A model generated the notes under the pieces. It was not told where the DNA came from and did not search any database. It worked only from the letters and a program-made list of their open reading frames with translations. Source: Candidatus Omnitrophota bacterium (GTDB lineage Bacteria; Omnitrophota; Gorgyraeia; Gygaellales; Profunditerraquicolaceae). From it: a stretch of DNA of 64,000 bases. Both the position numbers and the translations under genes were made by a program. Positions 58,575 to 64,000 of this stretch are shown here, one piece after another; position 1 is the first letter of the stretch, and the number at the start of each line of letters is the position of its first letter. Where the stretch lies: NCBI GenBank assembly GCA_049517335.1, contig JBEKSD010000002.1, forward strand, positions 64,001-128,000, read 5' to 3'.

Positions 58575-59342
58575 TTATTCTACTGCTTCTATAGAAACAA
58601 TTTCAATAATGGGGTATTTCCCTTGGTAGCCGCTGAGTTTTCCGGTGACTTTTACTTTATTATAATTAATAGCGTCCAAACTTTTTTTATTACCCTTAAG
58701 AAGGTAAGTTTTGTCTAGGGAGACGAGCTTATGGGTGGCTTGACGGCCGAATATCCTGCCGTAAGGCTGAATGATCCCTGTTATCGCGACTAAATCCGGT
58801 GAGGGCAGATCCAAAACCGGGGTAGGAATTAATTCCGGTCCCGGTTTTGACTCCGGTTTTTGCGCCGGCTTTACAAACTTCTTATTTACATAACCGAAGC
58901 TGTTGCGAATGGGCTCAATTTGAAACCAACCATTGGCATCCCCTAAAACATTTACAATCTCATCTTTATTAACCTTCCCTAAGATTTGCGAGTTCTCAGA
59001 AGGCTTAAGCCTGACATTAATCCTGTCTTTAGTGGCTTTAGCACTGCTACAGCTGGGTTCAAGCGGAAGACACTCAAATAAAGACTTTTTTACGAAAGAA
59101 GGGGCGTTTTTAGGCAGGCGTATCCTATACCAGTCATATAATTCAGCACTTACCTCAACTGTATCATGGCTCTTTAATACGCAAATTACTTCGGAGGAGA
59201 CCGTGGTATCGGCCCTGACATTAATGTTGTCAGAAGATATTTCCCCGTTAAATTTCCGGAATTCCTGCGCGAATGTAGTTGTGGCTGACAAAACCGCCAC
59301 TGTCAACAGGACGAATACTATTCTAGGCAAAAAACAGCGCAT
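58575..59342 (-). CDS. Secreted protein with two bacterial SH3 domains and a C-terminal OB-like domain
   Basis: Signal peptide; two INVR...S.VI/IL...V.V...W..I repeats; Pro-rich linker. Confidence 0.8.
   Translation of the reverse strand: MRCFLPRIVFVLLTVAVLSATTTFAQEFRKFNGEISSDNINVRADTTVSSEVICVLKSHDTVEVSAELYDWYRIRLPKNAPSFVKKSLFECLPLEPSCSSAKATKDRINVRLKPSENSQILGKVNKDEIVNVLGDANGWFQIEPIRNSFGYVNKKFVKPAQKPESKPGPELIPTPVLDLPSPDLVAITGIIQPYGRIFGRQATHKLVSLDKTYLLKGNKKSLDAINYNKVKVTGKLSGYQGKYPIIEIVSIEAVE
58813..58848. repeat. REP-like palindrome embedded in frame in the SH3 gene
   Basis: AAAACCGGGGTAGGAATTAATTCCGGTCCCGGTTTT; 32/35 identical to the intergenic palindrome at 38115. Confidence 0.8.
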
Positions 59343-59349
59343 TTTTTAG

Positions 59350-59655
59350 TTATTTCTTTTCTGCTTTCGGAGCTGCGGTTTTTGCGGGTGCGGGTTTTGC
59401 AGCTACTGCGGCGCCTGTCGCAGTCGCTGCTGCGGGAGCGCCTTCCGCTCCGGCAACAGTTACTTCGGCAGGTTTTTCAATCTTTTCTTTCTTGATCTTA
59501 AGCCTCACAGCCTTGATTTTAGGCAGGCGGTAAACATCATCCCCTTCTTTCCACTGCCCTTTTTCCATCATTGACCTGAGGCGCTCGCTGCGCTTTAGGA
59601 CGGACCTTTGTTTTTTGTCTTTTTCGGAAACTGCTAACGACGGATGAATTGACAT
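59350..59655 (-). CDS. PVC-superphylum small basic (signature) protein with an Ala/Lys/Pro-rich tail
   Basis: MS.H.SL......R.VLKR.ER.......G.W.EG..V..LPK pattern. Confidence 0.8.
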   Translation of the reverse strand: MSIHPSLAVSEKDKKQRSVLKRSERLRSMMEKGQWKEGDDVYRLPKIKAVRLKIKKEKIEKPAEVTVAGAEGAPAAATATGAAVAAKPAPAKTAAPKAEKK

Positions 59656-59661
59656 TATCCC

Positions 59662-60222
59662 TTATAACCTCCTTAAATGGCAACCCTGGTATTTTTTAGC
59701 CAATTGAGCTAATAAAGATTGCGCGGTTTCTTTGTCAGTAAATTTCCCCACACATAATATCGTATAATTGCCTTTAGATATGATTTGCGGCGAAAAACCC
59801 TTCTTTTTCAAAAGCTCGGCTTCTTTCTGGGCGAAAGCCCTTGTTTTGTAACTTGCAAGCTGGATAGTGTATCCTGCCCCGTATTCAGCCGCCTTTTTTG
59901 TATTTTGAGCGGGACTCGTATTTACGCTTACTATCGGAAGCGGCTCAAACTGTTTAGCCTGTAATGTATTTACGGCAGCCGTAACGGCAGCCTTATCTTC
60001 CGTGCTCTCCGTATTTTTTAAAGGTGCAATACGCTTGCCTTTTTCAACCCCGATAGAAAAACATATTATGCCTGTTACGGCAATCCCTATGATTAAAATA
60101 ATTTTCTTTTCATAAGCGCGGATAAAAGAATAAAAACGCTCCTGTTCATGCAAGCCTTTTACTTGGGGTTTACCGGATTGCGAAAATAAATCAAGCTGCA
60201 GGTTCTCTTCTTTTTCCATCAT
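59662..60222 (-). CDS. SPOR domain membrane protein
   Basis: TM helix; C-terminal YTIQLASY....A......L.KKG...VG.F.....A SPOR pattern. Confidence 0.82.
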   Translation of the reverse strand: MMEKEENLQLDLFSQSGKPQVKGLHEQERFYSFIRAYEKKIILIIGIAVTGIICFSIGVEKGKRIAPLKNTESTEDKAAVTAAVNTLQAKQFEPLPIVSVNTSPAQNTKKAAEYGAGYTIQLASYKTRAFAQKEAELLKKKGFSPQIISKGNYTILCVGKFTDKETAQSLLAQLAKKYQGCHLRRL

Positions 60223-60238
60223 ACGGGGTATTATATCT

Positions 60239-61306
60239 TTACTTTAATGGTAATTTCAAGTAATTTTTAGTTTTAATTTTTTTTACTACTTTAAGGAACG
60301 CCTCGACGACTTTAGGGTCAAATTGTTTATTGCTTTTCTTCTTTATCTCCCTCACCGCAGAAGCAATATCCATCCTTTCGCGGTAAGGCCGGCCGTAAAC
60401 CATAGCCTCAAAAGCGTCGGCAACGGACATAATACGCGCACCCAGGGGAATCTGCAATTTCTTCAACCGCGATGGATACCCCGTGCCGTCATATTTTTCA
60501 TGGTGATGCATGATTATCGGGATAACCGGTTTCAATGTCTGGAATGACCGGAGTATATTTGCGCCCTTTTGCGGATGGGTTTTGATTATATTATATTCTT
60601 TAGGCGTCAATTTTGTGGTTTTAGTCAGTATTTCAAGCGGGATTTCCGCTTTGCCCGCATCATGCAGCAAGCTGGCATATTTCAGGCTCTCAATCTGTTT
60701 TTCATCCAGATGCATCTGATTGCCTATTGAGGTTACCAGCCGACTGAAATACGGGGAATGAGTAAATTCTTGTGGTACACGGGTATCCAACAAAGTAACC
60801 AGCGATTTTATGCTCCCTAACACTGTCTTTTGCTGCTCCTCGTAAAGCTGCAGGTTTTTAATCCCGATTACCGACTGTTCAATGAGGGTATTAAGTATCT
60901 GCTGGTCAAATTTTTCAAAATGCGGCTGGCCTTTTCTGCGCCGTAGGATGATAATTCCTATTATATCTTCGCAGATCATCGGGCTCGCAAGAAGTCCGTC
61001 CTTCCTAATTGTGGAAAGATTCCGCAGAATCTGTTTTTCAATACGGTTTGTAATCCTGCGTTTTTTATCACAGACAACTTTCCTTTTCCTGTCAGCGATG
61101 CATCTTATAAGCGAACACTGGTGGGCCTGATCAAGAATTAGAATTGCGCAGTATTGCGTATTGAATATCTGGCAAATTAGTTTGGTAAGGCGGGAGACCA
61201 ATTCTTTAAGCTCATAAGTAGAATTAATCAGCCGGTATATACTGTGTATACCTGAAGCTAAAGTGTTATACTTTTTCGTAGGGGTAAAATAGTTTTTTAT
61301 ATTCAT
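60239..61306 (-). CDS. GAF + HD-GYP phosphodiesterase
   Basis: LHDAGK, HHEKYDGTGYP, ADAFEAM...RPYR and QFDP motifs. Confidence 0.9.
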   Translation of the reverse strand: MNIKNYFTPTKKYNTLASGIHSIYRLINSTYELKELVSRLTKLICQIFNTQYCAILILDQAHQCSLIRCIADRKRKVVCDKKRRITNRIEKQILRNLSTIRKDGLLASPMICEDIIGIIILRRRKGQPHFEKFDQQILNTLIEQSVIGIKNLQLYEEQQKTVLGSIKSLVTLLDTRVPQEFTHSPYFSRLVTSIGNQMHLDEKQIESLKYASLLHDAGKAEIPLEILTKTTKLTPKEYNIIKTHPQKGANILRSFQTLKPVIPIIMHHHEKYDGTGYPSRLKKLQIPLGARIMSVADAFEAMVYGRPYRERMDIASAVREIKKKSNKQFDPKVVEAFLKVVKKIKTKNYLKLPLK

Positions 61307-62420
61307 CTAACGCGTACCTATCGGTCATGCCCGCGATATAATCGCAAACTACTCTCTTCACGCCGTCTTTTGGTATTTTCTTCTGTATTTGCGCCGGTAA
61401 CTGCTCCGGTTTCTTAAGATAGTCCTTAAATAACTCGGTTATAAAACGTTTTGCTTTATTACTCATCCTTACCACCCGGTAATGGTGATAAAGATCCGCC
61501 ATAAGGAACTTCCGTAAAGGCTTCCTTAAGTCCAGCATCTCTTTACTAAAAACAACTACTTTAATGCCGCATTTTTTTGCTTTGAATGCGGAATCCAACT
61601 TAAGCCTCTTTAGGTTATTTTCCGTCTGCGATATGAGATCGGTAACCTGAATATCAATAAGAGACCTGATAATCTGGTATTTACGCAATTCGACATTTAT
61701 TTTAGCATATTTAGAACCTATTTGTCTATTTATATTCTCCCAGATAGCCAGTCTTTCAAGTTCACCTTCCCTGATAAGTCCGGAAGTCAGGCCGTCATCT
61801 ATATCGTGGTTATCGTAGGCGACCTCATCGGCAATATCAACTACCTGCGTTTCAAGTGTGGGCATCTCTTTAGCGGAAAATTCCCTGATTTTTCCGGCTT
61901 TATCAAAAAGGGAAGAATGCCTTACGATACCTTCCCTTACCTCCCAGCTTAAATTCAGGCCGGGAAAACCGGGGTATCTTTCTTCAAGATAATCCACCAC
62001 TCTTAAACCATGGACATTATGATTAAAACCGCCACAGTCTTTCATTAATTCATTCAGCACCTCTTCCCCTGAATGGCCGAAAGGAGTATGGCCCAAGTCA
62101 TGCGCAAGGGCAATGGCTTCGGTTAAGTCCGTGTTTAACCTCAGTGCCGAAGCTATAGTGCGGGCGATTTGAGCTACTTCTATCGTATGGGTCAGCCTTG
62201 TCCGGTAATAGTCCCCTTCATGGTTTACGAATACCTGCGTCTTATATTCAAGCCTCCTGAAAGCGGCAGAATGTATTATCCGGTCGCGGTCCCTCTGATA
62301 AACAGAGCGATAAGCATGTTCCTTTTCGGGATACTTCCTCCCTTTTGAGTTACAGCTCTTCATGGCGTAAGGCGCCAGAAAAACATCCTCGTATTCTCTA
62401 ATTTGTCTTTGATTCAGCAT
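61266..62420 (-). CDS. dgt: Deoxyguanosinetriphosphate triphosphohydrolase-like HD protein
   Basis: QRDRDRIIHS.AFRRL..KTQVF, RTRLTH, HDLGHTPFGH and DYIAGMTD motifs. Confidence 0.92.
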   Translation of the reverse strand: MLNQRQIREYEDVFLAPYAMKSCNSKGRKYPEKEHAYRSVYQRDRDRIIHSAAFRRLEYKTQVFVNHEGDYYRTRLTHTIEVAQIARTIASALRLNTDLTEAIALAHDLGHTPFGHSGEEVLNELMKDCGGFNHNVHGLRVVDYLEERYPGFPGLNLSWEVREGIVRHSSLFDKAGKIREFSAKEMPTLETQVVDIADEVAYDNHDIDDGLTSGLIREGELERLAIWENINRQIGSKYAKINVELRKYQIIRSLIDIQVTDLISQTENNLKRLKLDSAFKAKKCGIKVVVFSKEMLDLRKPLRKFLMADLYHHYRVVRMSNKAKRFITELFKDYLKKPEQLPAQIQKKIPKDGVKRVVCDYIAGMTDRYALDEYKKLFYPYEKV

Positions 62421-62874
62421 CTCTTAAACGTTTATATAAATCTTTGAGCGACTGCGAAATCACCCTTACCTCGCCGATGGTGGCAATAAAATTAGTATCG
62501 CCTACCCAACGCGGCACGATATGCAGATGCAGGTGCTCGGTAATTCCCGCTCCTGCCGCACGCCCGAGATTTGCGCCGACATTATATCCGTCGGGTTTTA
62601 ATACTGTATCGAGCAGCATCTTGGCTTTGTTTAACGCTCTTATAAGGTCCAGCATCTCTGTTTCTTTAAGCTGGGCAATATCAGGGATATGCCTCTTTGG
62701 AGAAACCATAAGGTGGCCGTTATTGTAAGGGTATAGATTCAGCATGCAAACGCAATGCCTAGTCCGAAAAACTACAAAATCCTTTTGTGAGTCGCAAAAA
62801 ATACAGCGGGATTTCTTTTTCGCTTTACTGATATAGTTTATCCTCCACGGCGCCCAGAGTGTATCCATAGTCAT
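62398..62874 (-). CDS. HIT family hydrolase
   Basis: LWAPWR, CIFC, NLYPYNNGH and HLHLHIVPRW motifs. Confidence 0.92.
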   Translation of the reverse strand: MTMDTLWAPWRINYISKAKKKSRCIFCDSQKDFVVFRTRHCVCMLNLYPYNNGHLMVSPKRHIPDIAQLKETEMLDLIRALNKAKMLLDTVLKPDGYNVGANLGRAAGAGITEHLHLHIVPRWVGDTNFIATIGEVRVISQSLKDLYKRLRDAESKTN

Positions 62875-63359
62875 AGTTTGACGAGTTTTAACTCAATCTT
62901 ATTGTTTAATTCAATTATTCCGTAGGTATTTTCTTTGGCATAAACTTTATCGGTAGGGCTGCCCGGGTTAAAAAATATAATTCCGTTCTTTTCCTGATTC
63001 AGGCCCAAGTGCGAATGGCCGAAAATAACAATGTCCACCGAATCATTCCTGAATATCTCGCTTAAAAACTCTACTAAATTTGCCGCAGCCCCATAACCGT
63101 GGTAAACGCCTATCCTGAATTTACCGGCGCTGACTATCTGCTTTTCCGGAAACTTATTCCTGACTTCCGCCGGGTCCATATTGCCGCAAACCGCTATTAC
63201 ATTGGGACAAACTTTTTTTAGCTTATCTATAACACTACAATCCACTAGATCCCCGGCATGGATTATCAAATCCGCCCCCTTAAAATCCTCAAGCATCTTC
63301 TTTGGGAGCTCCTGCGATTTATCGGTTAAATGTGTATCGGAAAGTACCCCTATTTTCAT
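62871..63359 (-). CDS. YfcE/MJ0936-type metallophosphoesterase
   Basis: SDTH, HAGD, GNMD, FGHSH and NPGS motifs. Confidence 0.92.
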   Translation of the reverse strand: MKIGVLSDTHLTDKSQELPKKMLEDFKGADLIIHAGDLVDCSVIDKLKKVCPNVIAVCGNMDPAEVRNKFPEKQIVSAGKFRIGVYHGYGAAANLVEFLSEIFRNDSVDIVIFGHSHLGLNQEKNGIIFFNPGSPTDKVYAKENTYGIIELNNKIELKLVKL

Positions 63360-64000
63360 ATTATCACTCTCGGCTTATAAAATAAATCCAAAATTTGGTT
63401 TAAATTATTGGCATCCCACGTCCAGATTTTTTCTTCCAGAGCCCTTAACCGCGCATTCGTGTCAATATCGGAAAGCGTAATAATAATTTTCCTCTGTAGT
63501 TTATGGCGGTATTTTTTGCATTCTTTTGCGAAATCGGTGACGTCCTCTTCGGTAAGTATTTCCCGTTTGACAGCCATAATCCATAAACTGTCATTAGACC
63601 TGCCGATAAGTCCGTCTTTTAAGGTTTTTGAGTTGAATTCAAACTGCTTTACTTCCCTGAAATGGTTCAGCCGTACCCGCTTTCTTTCCAGCAGGAACGT
63701 TTCATCTTCAAAAAGGCGCATCAGCTCAGTCAGGCGTTGGGAAATCGACTTTTGTGCGGCCAAGAGGAATTCTTCAATCATATCTTCTATGTGGTCGCGG
63801 AATTTTTTCTTCTGGTTCTGGGCGTCAAATGTAAGCGACTGGAGTTTTTCCTGATACACAAACTTAAGCCAGAATCCGAAGACACGGTCATTAATTTTTA
63901 AGAAATCCCCGCTTTTAGTTATGGTATCTGCCTCAAGCAGACGATTGATATCCGCATTAAGCTCTTTCTGCGTCTTTTTTAAGACATGCGCGATATCCTT
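63356..64000 (-). CDS. 3' part of a larger protein running in from the right (wHTH-like segment plus C-terminal domain)
   Basis: Frame stays open from 64000 (KDIAHVLKKTQKELNADINRLLEAD...DRVFGFWL) into the listed ORF. Confidence 0.65.
   Translation of the reverse strand, partial: KDIAHVLKKTQKELNADINRLLEADTITKSGDFLKINDRVFGFWLKFVYQEKLQSLTFDAQNQKKKFRDHIEDMIEEFLLAAQKSISQRLTELMRLFEDETFLLERKRVRLNHFREVKQFEFNSKTLKDGLIGRSNDSLWIMAVKREILTEEDVTDFAKECKKYRHKLQRKIIITLSDIDTNARLRALEEKIWTWDANNLNQILDLFYKPRVII

Overview
Bacterial chromosomal window, probably PVC superphylum: it carries the PVC small basic signature protein at 59350-59655, and Ca. Omnitrophota is my inference from gene content. The window spans the replication terminus. 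Genes run on + from 1 to 38557 and almost all on - from 38843 to 64000, converging on a 28-bp dif site at 38640-38667. The left arm is mostly housekeeping: CIRCE-controlled groESL, guaB3-guaA, dnaE, HU, hisS, a GAD-less aspS, phoH-HD-ybeY-recO, panE, polX, nfnA-mgtA-nfnB, panB, glyQS, ppdK, a sigma-70, apt, tRNA-Arg(CCT) and a major porin. It ends in an unusual cluster of a GH57 hydrolase, a membrane-anchored CBM-like protein and a ParA ATPase fused to a glycogen-binding (CBM48/AMPK-beta) domain. This is the best candidate for an undescribed system (possible glycogen-granule positioning). Right of dif lies a ~13-kb patchwork accessory region. It holds a broken lexA/dinB SOS cassette with a candidate new LexA box, a glycosylation islet bounded by 14-bp inverted repeats, a CsoR-headed Cys-motif ABC/beta-barrel operon, a repeat-flanked MFS gene, and at least three families of short non-coding repeats. 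One REP-like palindrome family also occurs in frame inside a protein-coding gene. All calls come from reading the sequence and recalling protein families; no searches were run.
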